From Candidatus Omnitrophota bacterium (GTDB taxonomy: Bacteria; Omnitrophota; Gorgyraeia; Zapsychrales; Zapsychraceae): a stretch of DNA of 64,000 nucleotides. Every line of letters begins with the position of its first letter. Position 1 is the stretch's first letter. This document shows, one piece after another, positions 10,108-19,574 of the stretch. Made by a program: the position numbers and the translations under genes. Below the pieces are notes generated by a model, which ran no database searches, was not told where the DNA came from, and saw only the letters and a list, made by a program, of their open reading frames with translations. The stretch spans positions 8,171 through 72,170 of the forward strand of contig JACKFK010000008.1 of the NCBI GenBank assembly GCA_020632515.1, read 5' to 3'.

Positions 10108-11190
10108 ATGGCGTATAATATCACGTTATTACCTGGAGATGGAATCGGCCCCGAAGTAACTGGCGCAATGCGTAAATGTGTTGATGCTTTGGGATTAGAT
10201 ATAAAATGGGATGTTCAAGAAGTAGGCGAATATGCGATTAAGAAATATGGAACGCCAATGCCAGACCATGTTTTTGAATCGATTAAGAAAAATAAAGTAG
10301 CAATTAAAGGTCCAATTGTTACTCCTATTGGAACGGGTTTCCGATCAGTTAATGTTCTTTTAAGACAAGAACTGGATTTGTTTGCTTGTATCCGGCCATC
10401 CAAATGTTATGCAGGAACAAAATGTAAGGCGGATAATGTTGATATTGTTTTATTTCGTGAGAATACTGAAGATTTATACGCAGGGATTGAATTTGAAAAA
10501 CAAAGTCGGGAGTGTTTGAAGTTGTTGGAGCTTTTAAATGAACTTCAACCGAAGAAAATTTCTAAAGATTCTGGAATTTCTATTAAACCTATTTCGGTTA
10601 AAGGAACAAAACGTATTGTGCGCGCTGCGTGTGAATATGCGATTAAAAATAATCGTGAAAAGGTTACAATCGTTCATAAAGCTAATATTATGAAATATAC
10701 AGATGGATTATTTCTAAATGAAGGGTTAGAAGTTGCGAAAGAATATGAAGATAAATTGATTGTACGGGATGTTATCGTCGATAATTTATGTATGCAATTG
10801 GTTCAGCGGCCGGAACATTTTGATGTGCTTGTTTGTCCAAATTTATATGGTGATATCGTTTCTGATTTGTGCGCTGGATTAGTTGGTGGTTTAGGGATTG
10901 CCCCAGGTGCGAATATAGGTAATGAGATTGCCTTATTTGAGCCGGTTCATGGTTCTGCTCCGAAATATGCAGGGCAAGATAAATGTAATCCAACGGCAAC
11001 TTTACTTTCAGCGGTTTTAATGCTTCGCCACCTTGGTGAGCCAAAGCAAGCTGATCGTCTGGAAAATGCGATTGCCGAAGTCTTAAAAGAAGGCAAGCGG
11101 GTAACATACGACTTAATGCCGGATAGAGATGATCCTAATGCGGCAACAACTACAGAAATGGCGGAAGCAATCTGTCAGAAATTAAAATGA
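10108..11190 (+). CDS. isocitrate/isopropylmalate dehydrogenase family enzyme, most like NAD-type isocitrate dehydrogenase
   Basis: LLPGDGIGPEV, FRENTEDLYAGIE (IDH/HICDH-like rather than IPMDH RELTGGIYFG), NLYGDIVSD. Confidence 0.8.
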   Translation: MAYNITLLPGDGIGPEVTGAMRKCVDALGLDIKWDVQEVGEYAIKKYGTPMPDHVFESIKKNKVAIKGPIVTPIGTGFRSVNVLLRQELDLFACIRPSKCYAGTKCKADNVDIVLFRENTEDLYAGIEFEKQSRECLKLLELLNELQPKKISKDSGISIKPISVKGTKRIVRAACEYAIKNNREKVTIVHKANIMKYTDGLFLNEGLEVAKEYEDKLIVRDVIVDNLCMQLVQRPEHFDVLVCPNLYGDIVSDLCAGLVGGLGIAPGANIGNEIALFEPVHGSAPKYAGQDKCNPTATLLSAVLMLRHLGEPKQADRLENAIAEVLKEGKRVTYDLMPDRDDPNAATTTEMAEAICQKLK

Positions 11191-11216
11191 TTTAAGAATA
11201 TTTGATCATGATTAGA

Positions 11217-11256
11217 GAAACCCCGATTTATGTGAATAGATCGGGGTTTCATTTTT
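11217..11256 (+). terminator. rho-independent terminator after the dehydrogenase gene
   Basis: GAAACCCCGA ... TCGGGGTTTC perfect 10-bp stem followed by ATTTTT. Confidence 0.8.
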
Positions 11257-11274
11257 GAATGTTCAATAAAGATA

Positions 11275-11946
11275 ATGTCACCAATGATGGAAACTCTTCA
11301 AGAAACTATTAATGTTATTGATTTAGGCTACATTGATTATCTTTCTGCCTATAAACTACAGCAAGAAGCTGTTAATCGAGTAATAGAAACAGGTCAGCAA
11401 AGTATTTTTCTATGTGAGCATCCTCCTGTTATTACATTAGGCCGGTTAGCTAAGGAAGAGAATTTTATTATTTCTCGAGAACAAATTAAAGCAGATAATG
11501 TAGAGATTCATTCTATTGATCGAGGTGGGGATATTACATTACATTCCCCAGGCCAATTGGTTGCTTATCCAATTTTAAAATTAACTAATTATGGAAAAGA
11601 TTTGCATTTATATTTAATGAATTTAGAAAAAGTCCTCATTGATTTATTAGCTGAATTTGATATATTGGCTTCTAGATTTCCTGGTCGGACTGGTGTTTGG
11701 TTTTCGGGTAAGAAAATTGCTTCAATTGGTATCGGTGTCAGAAAATGGATATCTTTTCATGGTATTGGATTAAATGTTTCAACTGACTTGAATTTGTTTT
11801 CCTATATAAAACCTTGTGGATTAAATGTTCGTATGACATCAATAGCTGATATAAAAAAGATGCAGATTGATATGGGGCAAATTAAAAGTGAATTTTTGCG
11901 AAAATTTACTGATGTTTTTAATGTTAGATTAACAGCAGGAGAATAG
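11275..11946 (+). CDS. lipB: octanoyltransferase LipB
   Basis: EHPPVITLGR, IDRGGDITLHSPGQLVAYPI, KIASIGIGVRKWISFHGIGLNV. Confidence 0.93.
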   Translation: MSPMMETLQETINVIDLGYIDYLSAYKLQQEAVNRVIETGQQSIFLCEHPPVITLGRLAKEENFIISREQIKADNVEIHSIDRGGDITLHSPGQLVAYPILKLTNYGKDLHLYLMNLEKVLIDLLAEFDILASRFPGRTGVWFSGKKIASIGIGVRKWISFHGIGLNVSTDLNLFSYIKPCGLNVRMTSIADIKKMQIDMGQIKSEFLRKFTDVFNVRLTAGE

Positions 11947-11948
11947 TG

Positions 11949-12182
11949 ATGAAACAATTGGTTGTTCCTGAATTGGGAGAAGGCGTCGAAAATGCGGTTG
12001 TGGCCTGTTGGCATTATCAAGTAGGTGATAATATTAAAGAATCAGATGATATTGTTGAATTGGTGACGGACAAAGCATCGTTTAATGTGCCTTCAGATTA
12101 TACTGGTGTATTAAAAGAAATATTAGTGTGTGAAGGGCAAACAGCTAAAATAGGGCAAGCGTTAGCGCTTATTGAAACGTAA
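11949..12182 (+). CDS. stand-alone lipoyl/biotinyl attachment domain protein (77-78 aa)
   Basis: VELVTDKASFNVPSDYTGVLKEILV: the DKA lysine hairpin of lipoyl domains; GTG at 11946 or ATG at 11949, abutting lipB stop. Confidence 0.75.
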   Translation: MKQLVVPELGEGVENAVVACWHYQVGDNIKESDDIVELVTDKASFNVPSDYTGVLKEILVCEGQTAKIGQALALIET

Positions 12183-12183
12183 A

Positions 12184-13386
12184 ATGAACCCCCAAATACC
12201 AACAACAGATAAAGATAAAAAGAGACGCATCCTTTTAATGTACATTACCCGTGTATCCGGACATCGGCAGGCCACGGTGGCTATTCAACAATCATTAAAA
12301 CAGCTGGATCCAACGGTTGAAGCTCCAACAGTAAATGGATTTGGTTATACTTATCCGTTACTGGAAAGAGTTGTAAATAATGCTTATATGAGTGTTATAA
12401 AAACTACACCCGTTGTTTGGGATTATCTTTATGATAACCCTAAGATTGTGAAAAATTCACAAGCGATAAAAAAATTCTTACATAAAACTAGTTATGAGAA
12501 ATTGGATAGACTGTTTAAACGGTATAAACCAGATACTGTTGTGTGTACTCAAGCGTTTCCTTGTGGGATGGTGGCTGATTATAAACGCGTTCGCGGGCTA
12601 GAGATTAAATTGGTTGGCGTTTTAACAGATTTTGCCCCGCATTCATTCTGGATTAATGAGGGCGTAGACTACTACATCGTGCCATCTTTAGAAATAAAAG
12701 AAAGATTTATTAAGAAAGGTCTTCCTGCAGATTCAATTAAGGTTTATGGAATTCCGATGCGAACAAAGTTTTCCGTGCAATTAGACAGGGCTCCAATTGC
12801 GCAGAAATTAGGATTGGATATGAATGTTCCGACGATCTTAATTATGGGTGGTGGCCAGGGCTTGGGGCCGATTAAAAAGATTGTTAAATCTCTAATCAAA
12901 GTGAGGATGAATTTTCAGATTATTGTTTTAACCGGAACTAATAAAAAAGTGCTTAATGAAATTAAAAGGCTTACAACCAAGACTGAAAAAAGAATATTGG
13001 TTTATGAATTCGCAACGAATGTTGATGAACTCATGGAAATTTCTTCCATCATTATTACCAAGCCAGGCGGCATCACTACTTCGGAGTGTTTGGCGAAAGG
13101 GCTGCCGATGTTGATTGTCGATCCCATTCCTGGGCAGGAAATGCGCAATACAGATTTCTTAATTAAAAAAGGAATTGGTATCCGTATTGATGATACAAAT
13201 GATATCGGAGAGGAAGTAGAAATCTTGCTTAAATCACCGGAAAGATTAGCAGCTATGAGTAAATCTGCTTATGAAAATTCCAAACCGCATGCAAATCTTG
13301 ATATTGCGAAATTAATCCTTAATAAATCTGAGGATCAATTTAACGGTCTTGTGCCGCCGCAAGAACAATTAGAAAACTATGTTTAG
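12184..13386 (+). CDS. GT28-family diacylglycerol glycosyltransferase (MGDG synthase/UgtP-like)
   Basis: N-terminal MGDG_synth-like region (GHRQA..., DTVVCTQAFP) plus GT28 C-terminal ITKPGGITTSECLAKGLPML; ATG at 12184 preferred over TTG 12172. Confidence 0.75.
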   Translation: MNPQIPTTDKDKKRRILLMYITRVSGHRQATVAIQQSLKQLDPTVEAPTVNGFGYTYPLLERVVNNAYMSVIKTTPVVWDYLYDNPKIVKNSQAIKKFLHKTSYEKLDRLFKRYKPDTVVCTQAFPCGMVADYKRVRGLEIKLVGVLTDFAPHSFWINEGVDYYIVPSLEIKERFIKKGLPADSIKVYGIPMRTKFSVQLDRAPIAQKLGLDMNVPTILIMGGGQGLGPIKKIVKSLIKVRMNFQIIVLTGTNKKVLNEIKRLTTKTEKRILVYEFATNVDELMEISSIIITKPGGITTSECLAKGLPMLIVDPIPGQEMRNTDFLIKKGIGIRIDDTNDIGEEVEILLKSPERLAAMSKSAYENSKPHANLDIAKLILNKSEDQFNGLVPPQEQLENYV

Positions 13387-14242
13387 ATATTTTTTGTACA
13401 AGGTTGGTCAATTCCTTGTCAATGTCTTACCTCTAAAGCTTGCCTACAGATTCGCGGAATTTATTTCAGATCTTCAATATACATTTTCTTATAAAGATCG
13501 AAATGCTGTAACAAATAATCTAAAGATTATTCTATCTGATCAAACAAAATTGAAATGGTCTACCCGAGAAGTTTTTCGTAACTTTGGACGATATCTGGTT
13601 GATTTCTTTCGGATGAAGTATACGCTTAATCATGAATTTATTAAACATCATGTCAAATTGGTAAATGTTGATAAATTTAAGGAAGTGACTGCTTATGGCA
13701 AGGGAGGGATTGTTTTAACTGCGCATAGTGGAAACTGGGAATTGGGGGCGGCAATTTTAAGTGTTTTAAATCTTCCGTTGATGGCGGTTGCCCTGCCTCA
13801 TAATAATAAATTGGTTAATCAATTATTTAATCAACAGCGGGAAAATCAGGGGATCACGGTTGTTCCTTCCAATATTGCGGTTCGAAAATGCAGTCAATGG
13901 CTGAGGGATAATAAATTTATCGCTTTGGTAGGGGATCGAGATTTTGGCCCTAATGGTGAAAAACTCCCTTTTTTAGGACGGGAAGCCTTTATTCCTAAAG
14001 GCCCTGCTATATTTTCGTTTAAGACCGGCGCGCCAATTATTCCAACGTTTTTAATCCGGGAAAGTGACACAAAATTTATTTTAACAGTAAACGATCCGAT
14101 TTATCCTCCTTCAGCTTTGGAAGCAGGCGATAAGAAAGAAATCTTGGTAAATTATATAAAAAAGTATATAGTTGTAATAGAAGAAATGATTCGAAGGTAT
14201 CCAGAGCAGTGGTTGATGTATAGGGAGTTTGGAGTTAAATGA
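13379..14242 (+). CDS. LpxL/HtrB-family lysophospholipid (lipid A-type) acyltransferase
   Basis: 287 aa, HSGNWELG (HX4E-like acyltransferase motif), ALVGDRDFG, C-terminal YPEQWLM typical of the family; overlaps both neighbours. Confidence 0.75.
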   Translation: MFRYFLYKVGQFLVNVLPLKLAYRFAEFISDLQYTFSYKDRNAVTNNLKIILSDQTKLKWSTREVFRNFGRYLVDFFRMKYTLNHEFIKHHVKLVNVDKFKEVTAYGKGGIVLTAHSGNWELGAAILSVLNLPLMAVALPHNNKLVNQLFNQQRENQGITVVPSNIAVRKCSQWLRDNKFIALVGDRDFGPNGEKLPFLGREAFIPKGPAIFSFKTGAPIIPTFLIRESDTKFILTVNDPIYPPSALEAGDKKEILVNYIKKYIVVIEEMIRRYPEQWLMYREFGVK

Positions 14243-14901
14243 AAATCTGTGTCGTGATTCCAGCCAATAACGAAGCCAAGAAAATTGGTTTTCTTGTCGA
14301 AAAATTAAAAGAAAAATCTTTAGATGTTTTGGTCATTGATGATGGTTCGAACGATAATACAGAAGGCGTTGCGAAAGAGAAAGGGGCCAAAGTTATTCGT
14401 TTTGAACTGAAGCAAGGAAAAGGTCACGCGCTTCGTCGAGGTTTTGAATATGCGTTGAGCAATGGTTATGATGGTATCATCACGATGGATGGTGATGGCC
14501 AGCATTCACCAAAAGATATTGATGGGTTTTTAGAGCTTGCCAAAGAAGATTCTTCAGGAGTGATTTGCGGAAATCGAATGGGAAACGCAAAAGGGATGCC
14601 TTTGCTTCGTTTTATAGTTAACTGGTTGATGTCTGTGCTTATTTCGCTAGCGTGTCGTCAGCGGATACCCGATTCTCAATGCGGTTACCGTTATCTAAGT
14701 CGAAAAACTTTGGAAAGTCTGCCAGTACAAAGTGAACGTTTTGAAATCGAAACGGAAATTCTTATTAAAGCCGCAAAAGCACATATTCCGATTTTATCGG
14801 TCCAGGTTGAGACGATTTATGGTGATGAAGTCAGTAAGATACGGCCGATTAAGGATACGATTCGATTTTTTAAATATTTTTTTTCTGAGATTTTTCGATA
14901 A
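14239..14901 (+). CDS. GT2-family glycosyltransferase (polyprenol-phosphate glycosyltransferase-like)
   Basis: VVIPANNE...VLVIDDGSNDNT...ITMDGDGQH DXD-type GT2 signature, 220 aa. Confidence 0.8.
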   Translation: MKICVVIPANNEAKKIGFLVEKLKEKSLDVLVIDDGSNDNTEGVAKEKGAKVIRFELKQGKGHALRRGFEYALSNGYDGIITMDGDGQHSPKDIDGFLELAKEDSSGVICGNRMGNAKGMPLLRFIVNWLMSVLISLACRQRIPDSQCGYRYLSRKTLESLPVQSERFEIETEILIKAAKAHIPILSVQVETIYGDEVSKIRPIKDTIRFFKYFFSEIFR

Positions 14902-14933
14902 GGTTTTAAAATAATGTGTTACTGAAATAAATT

Positions 14934-15581
14934 ATGCATAGCGATCAATATTATCAAGAGTTAAGAATGAAGATGGTAGCAGAACAGATTGCTGCTCGAG
15001 ATATTGATGATCAAGAAGTAATTAAAGCTATGCAGAAAGTTCCAAGACATAAGTTTGTGCCACTTTCATTGAGTGATCAGGCCTACACGGATCAACCCTT
15101 GTCGATAGGTTCTGGACAAACAATATCTCAACCTTACATGGTAGCACTGATGACACAGGTTTTGCAGTTAACATCAGCGGATAGTGTTTTAGAAATCGGT
15201 ACAGGTTCAGGATATCAAACAGCTGTTCTAGCGCAAATTTGTGCTTATGTCTATACTATTGAGCGTATTGAAACGCTTTCTCTGGCTGCGCAGAAGATTC
15301 TGCAGGAATTAAATTATACTAATGTTGATTTCATGGTTGCCAATGGGGCCCGGGCGTGGAAGGATTTTAAACAACAGGTTGACGCGGTCATTGTCACTGC
15401 GGCTGCAGAAAACGAACCTGTTGAGTTTCTAGAGTGTTTATCCGCTCGTGGAAGGATGGTTGTTCCTGTTGGGCAAGCGGGACATGTTCAAACATTATTT
15501 CTTTATCAGAAAGTTAGAGGACAAGTCTTGAAAAGTGAGGTTTGCCACTGTTCTTTTGTTCCTTTGATCAATGAGTCATGA
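14934..15581 (+). CDS. pcm: protein-L-isoaspartate O-methyltransferase
   Basis: QTISQPYMVALM, SAM motif VLEIGTGSGYQTAVLA. Confidence 0.92.
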   Translation: MHSDQYYQELRMKMVAEQIAARDIDDQEVIKAMQKVPRHKFVPLSLSDQAYTDQPLSIGSGQTISQPYMVALMTQVLQLTSADSVLEIGTGSGYQTAVLAQICAYVYTIERIETLSLAAQKILQELNYTNVDFMVANGARAWKDFKQQVDAVIVTAAAENEPVEFLECLSARGRMVVPVGQAGHVQTLFLYQKVRGQVLKSEVCHCSFVPLINES

Positions 15582-16339
15582 GTATGACGATTCGATTCCC
15601 TCAACCACAGGCTGACAAGGTGATATACTTATTCACCAGTAATAGAATTTTCTATTGCGCTTTGGTCTTGTCTTTTTTTTGTCATCTAGCCTTCATTATT
15701 TATTTTTCTTTAGCAAATATTCCGGATGTTAGAAATTCTATTAAAAGAGTAGAGGTGACGTATACCACGCTTGAGAAAAAGAAAGATAATGAGAATATTG
15801 AATTATTTAAAGATGTAGGTATCTTTGAAGAGAAGCGAGAGAAGAAAGAGAAATCTGTGGAGATTTTAACAAAGCAAGACGATGTTTTTCCAGAAATTGG
15901 ACAAAAGATTCGTGATTTGTCTAAATTATCTGATCGTCTGAGTATGGAAAAATTAGAAATGCCGAAGACTAAATCATTTGATTTAGAAGAAAAAGTTTCA
16001 ATACCTATATTTCAGGCTGAGAAAATTACGAACCCCATGTATATTAGCCATAAACAGAGTATTGGCCAGATTATCAGGCGGCGTGCATTTCAATATGTGG
16101 ATCATCCTGATTTTGCGTCAGGCCATGTCTATTTAACCTTTGTTCTCTCCGCTGATGGAGCCTTGAAAGCGGTTAAGATTATTGAAGATAAAACATCTGC
16201 CAATGAGTATATTCGTAATGTGGCTTTGCGGAGCATTCGGGAAGCTGCCCCATTTCCACCATTTCCTCAAGGATTTGCATTTCCAGAAGTTTCTTTTAGT
16301 TTATTGATAGAGTTTAAAGGTGATTCCGAATTAAAGTAA
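15578..16339 (+). CDS. TonB C-terminal-domain membrane protein
   Basis: N-terminal TM helix, charged linker, C-terminal GHVYLTFVLSADGALKAVKIIE...AAPFPPFP TonB_C-like. Confidence 0.65.
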   Translation: MSMTIRFPQPQADKVIYLFTSNRIFYCALVLSFFCHLAFIIYFSLANIPDVRNSIKRVEVTYTTLEKKKDNENIELFKDVGIFEEKREKKEKSVEILTKQDDVFPEIGQKIRDLSKLSDRLSMEKLEMPKTKSFDLEEKVSIPIFQAEKITNPMYISHKQSIGQIIRRRAFQYVDHPDFASGHVYLTFVLSADGALKAVKIIEDKTSANEYIRNVALRSIREAAPFPPFPQGFAFPEVSFSLLIEFKGDSELK

Positions 16340-16483
16340 ATGTTCTGAGTTTCGCGTGGCGTGGCTGTGATTGACAACTTTTTATTAAGGTGATATTCTA
16401 TACCTTCTTAACAATAAGTATTATATGTAATTATTAGTATTAATTATCTCAATTAATTAATGTATTTAGAAGGAGTTTGGTTT

Positions 16484-16957
16484 ATGGATCGAGATAAGTA
16501 TGTTGATGAATCATGGAAAGAATCGGTGGAGCGGGAGAAGGAAGGGTTGTTAGGTGTTGGTGCTGGACAACAAAAGGATGAACCCAAGATTCATGTCGAA
16601 GGTGGATGGAAGCCAGAAGAAGATGAGGGGCAGAATGATTCCAAGAATCAAATTGAATCTGAACAAAATGCAAATTCGAATACCCCAGATGCAGAACCAA
16701 ATGAGATGGAAATTAATTTTTTAAATTATATATCGAGTTTGGGATATCAGGCTTTAATTTTTTTAGGTGAAATTCCTAACCCAATGACAAACCAGCCTGA
16801 AAAAAATTTACCACAAGCGAAGTTCTTAATTGACACGTTAACAATGTTAAAAGAAAAAACTAAAGGTAATTTAAACCGTCAGGAAGAAACATTATTAAAT
16901 TCAAGTGTTTATGAATTGCAACTGAAATACGTTGAGCATATTAAACAAGATGCATAA
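16484..16957 (+). CDS. DUF1844-like protein
   Basis: FLNYISSLGYQALIFLGEIPNP...AKFLIDTLTMLKEKTKGNL matches my recollection of DUF1844; ATG at 16484 follows AAGGAG, preferred to 16460. Confidence 0.6.
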   Translation: MDRDKYVDESWKESVEREKEGLLGVGAGQQKDEPKIHVEGGWKPEEDEGQNDSKNQIESEQNANSNTPDAEPNEMEINFLNYISSLGYQALIFLGEIPNPMTNQPEKNLPQAKFLIDTLTMLKEKTKGNLNRQEETLLNSSVYELQLKYVEHIKQDA

Positions 16958-17008
16958 TATAAATAAACATTACCTGACACCTATCGTCGATTAGCGGAGT
17001 TCATAATT

Positions 17009-17452
17009 ATGAAAAAAATATTAGTGATTCATGGTCCTAATCTGCATTTGCTCGGTACAAGAGAACAACAGGTCTACGGTTCAACAACGCTGGATGAAAT
17101 TAATGGAATGTTAAAGAAATTTGCCGACCAAGAAAAAGTTGAATTGATTTGCTTTCAATCGAACCATGAAGGAGAAATTGTTGATTTAATCGGAAAATCT
17201 AAAAAGGATAATATAGCGGCCATTGTTATTAATCCTGCTGCTTATACGCATACGAGTGTCGCGATTCGTGATGCTATCGCTGCCGTTGCTGTTCCAACAA
17301 TCGAAATACATCTTTCAAATATTTATGCCAGAGAAGAGTTTCGTCAGCATTCGTTAATTTCTCCAGTATGTTATGGACAGATCAGCGGATTTGGTCCAGA
17401 AAGTTATGTGTTAGGCCTGAAGGCGGCCATTAATATCATCAAATCAATCTAA
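17009..17452 (+). CDS. aroQ: type II 3-dehydroquinate dehydratase
   Basis: [16 protein letters not shown]...[10 protein letters not shown]...[16 protein letters not shown]. Confidence 0.95.
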   Translation: MKKILVIHGPNLHLLGTREQQVYGSTTLDEINGMLKKFADQEKVELICFQSNHEGEIVDLIGKSKKDNIAAIVINPAAYTHTSVAIRDAIAAVAVPTIEIHLSNIYAREEFRQHSLISPVCYGQISGFGPESYVLGLKAAINIIKSI

Positions 17453-17464
17453 TTTGCTTGATGT

Positions 17465-18520
17465 ATGTATCCGCGAATCCAAAAACTTCGTAAATTATTT
17501 TCAAAGAACAATATTGATGCTTTTTTAGTCACGAAAGATGTCAATATTCGTTATCTTACCAATTTCTCTGCCAGTGAATCATGGCTGTTAATCACCCCTA
17601 GAAAGATTTTTTACATTACGGATTTTCGTTATATTCTTGAACTTGAAAAAGGGTTGAAAAAAGGCATCGAAATTATTCAATATCAAACCTCTTTTTATCA
17701 CAAACTAACCGATCTTTTGAATAAGGAGAAAGTGAAGCGGTTGGGGATTGATGAACGCCATTTTACTCACGCGCAATATAAAGCAATGGTCAAGATTTTA
17801 CCAAAAACAACACGTTTAGTTGAGGCAAATGAATTAGTTGAACAGTTGAGGGTCATTAAAGAAAAGTATGAAATTTTACAGATCAAGAAAGCTCTAGAAA
17901 TACATGATTTAGCATTAAAGTTTTTAAAAAGAATTGTCAAGCCTGGGAAAACCGAAAATGAGGTTTTTCGTAAATTAGAAAACTTTATCAAAGAGCATAA
18001 TGTCGGGTTTTCTTTTGCGCCGATTATTGCTTCTGGAGTAAATGCTTGTTTTCCACATGCTCATGTTACACAAAGAGTTATTAAAAATAATGAACCTGTT
18101 TTAATTGATATGGGAATCGACTTTAATGGGTATAAGTCCGACTTGACACGTATGTTCTTTTTGGGTAAAATAGCGCCACATATTCGGGATGCGGCAGAGG
18201 CTGTTCGGGAGGCACAACAACGAGCAATTAAAGTCATTAGAGCAGGGATATCAGCCGCTGAAGTTGATGCTCAAGCACGAAAATATTTAGAAGAAAAGGG
18301 TTTAGCTCAGTATTTCGGGCATGCCTTGGGACACGGTGTTGGACTTGAAATTCATGAAGACCCACGTTTATCTCAAAAAAATTCCTCCATCCTAAAAGAA
18401 GGCATGGTTATTACTGTTGAACCAGCCGTTTATATTCCACACAAATTTGGCATTAGAATAGAAGACATGGTATTAGTAACCAAGAAAGGGTGTAAGATTT
18501 TAAGTGACTATATCGATTAA
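17465..18520 (+). CDS. M24B Xaa-Pro aminopeptidase/dipeptidase
   Basis: Creatinase-like N-domain plus HGVGLEIHE, VITVEPAVY, IRIEDMV metal-ligand motifs. Confidence 0.88.
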   Translation: MYPRIQKLRKLFSKNNIDAFLVTKDVNIRYLTNFSASESWLLITPRKIFYITDFRYILELEKGLKKGIEIIQYQTSFYHKLTDLLNKEKVKRLGIDERHFTHAQYKAMVKILPKTTRLVEANELVEQLRVIKEKYEILQIKKALEIHDLALKFLKRIVKPGKTENEVFRKLENFIKEHNVGFSFAPIIASGVNACFPHAHVTQRVIKNNEPVLIDMGIDFNGYKSDLTRMFFLGKIAPHIRDAAEAVREAQQRAIKVIRAGISAAEVDAQARKYLEEKGLAQYFGHALGHGVGLEIHEDPRLSQKNSSILKEGMVITVEPAVYIPHKFGIRIEDMVLVTKKGCKILSDYID

Positions 18521-19085
18521 TCAAATTGCAAATGGGATTGGTTTACAGATCAATAATGACATTTTTATCGTGACAGATTACAGTCATGTCAAACCAGGTA
18601 AAGGAAGTGCGTTTGTGCGAGTTAAGTTGAAAAATGTCAAAACTAATCAAGTTATTGAAAGAACTTTTAAGACCGCAGATAAGCTTGAAGACGCAGCCCT
18701 TGAGGAGCGTCGGATGCAGAATTTGTATAATGCAGGTGAGTCCACGCATTTTATGGATTTAACGACATTTGAAGAGGTTGTTGTGGATAATGCATTGTTA
18801 GGAGATTCTATTCGGTTTTTGCAGGATCATCTTGAAGTAACCGGACTTTTTTTTAATAATAAGGTTTTAAAGATTATATTGCCTAACTTCATTATTGCAG
18901 AGGTTACATATACTGAACCCGGATTAAAGGGGGATTCAATCAGTGGGGGAACAAAACCCGCGACGATTGATTCAGGAGCGAATGTTCAGGTGCCTTTATT
19001 CATTAATATCGGGGATCGACTTAAGATTGATACAAGAACTGGGGAATATGTCGAAAGGGTAAAAAATGAATCTAAAAGAGATTAA
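18504..19085 (+). CDS. efp: elongation factor P
   Basis: HVKPGKGSAFVRVKLKN (modified-lysine loop), three-domain length 193 aa. Confidence 0.93.
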   Translation: MTISINQIANGIGLQINNDIFIVTDYSHVKPGKGSAFVRVKLKNVKTNQVIERTFKTADKLEDAALEERRMQNLYNAGESTHFMDLTTFEEVVVDNALLGDSIRFLQDHLEVTGLFFNNKVLKIILPNFIIAEVTYTEPGLKGDSISGGTKPATIDSGANVQVPLFINIGDRLKIDTRTGEYVERVKNESKRD

Positions 19086-19527
19086 AGAATTAATCAATCT
19101 CATGAATGATAATGAATTGTCAGAAATTGAGATTGAAAGAGAAGGAACCAAGATTAAGATTAAAAAATCTTCAAGTGGTTTTCCAGAAATTGTGCATCGT
19201 TCTGTTCCAAATTTTCGTTCTGAAACACAAATCGCTGCTGAACCAACGCCGACGGCATCATCTGTTCCAGCGGCTAATCCTAATGTTAAAGAAATTAAGT
19301 CTCCGATGGTGGGCACTTTTTATCGCGCCCCATCTCCAGAATCACCGTCTTTTATTGAAGCTGGACAGATGGTAGAAGTTGGGCAGGTTGTATGTATTGT
19401 TGAAGCCATGAAATTAATGAATGAGATTAAGTCAGAAGTGAAGGGGAAGGTTGTGGAAGTTATGGTGGATAACGCCCAGCCGGTAGAGTTTGGACAGGTT
19501 TTATTTACTGTTGAGCCAGTTAAATAA
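19066..19527 (+). CDS. accB: acetyl-CoA carboxylase biotin carboxyl carrier protein
   Basis: SPMVGTFY...CIVEAMKLMNEI biotinyl-lysine motif (EAMKLMN). Confidence 0.95.
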   Translation: MNLKEIKELINLMNDNELSEIEIEREGTKIKIKKSSSGFPEIVHRSVPNFRSETQIAAEPTPTASSVPAANPNVKEIKSPMVGTFYRAPSPESPSFIEAGQMVEVGQVVCIVEAMKLMNEIKSEVKGKVVEVMVDNAQPVEFGQVLFTVEPVK

Positions 19528-19574
19528 ATTTCATTCATTTTAAATTTGTATAAAGGATTGATTAGGTAGATATT

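Noticed and set aside
16345-16375. GAGTTTCGCGTGGCGTGGCTGTG as a possible third, partial copy of the 57050/62816 intergenic element
   Set aside because: The similarity is limited to a short GTGGCT-type repeat and the 3' half of the element is absent. This is too weak to call without a computed alignment.
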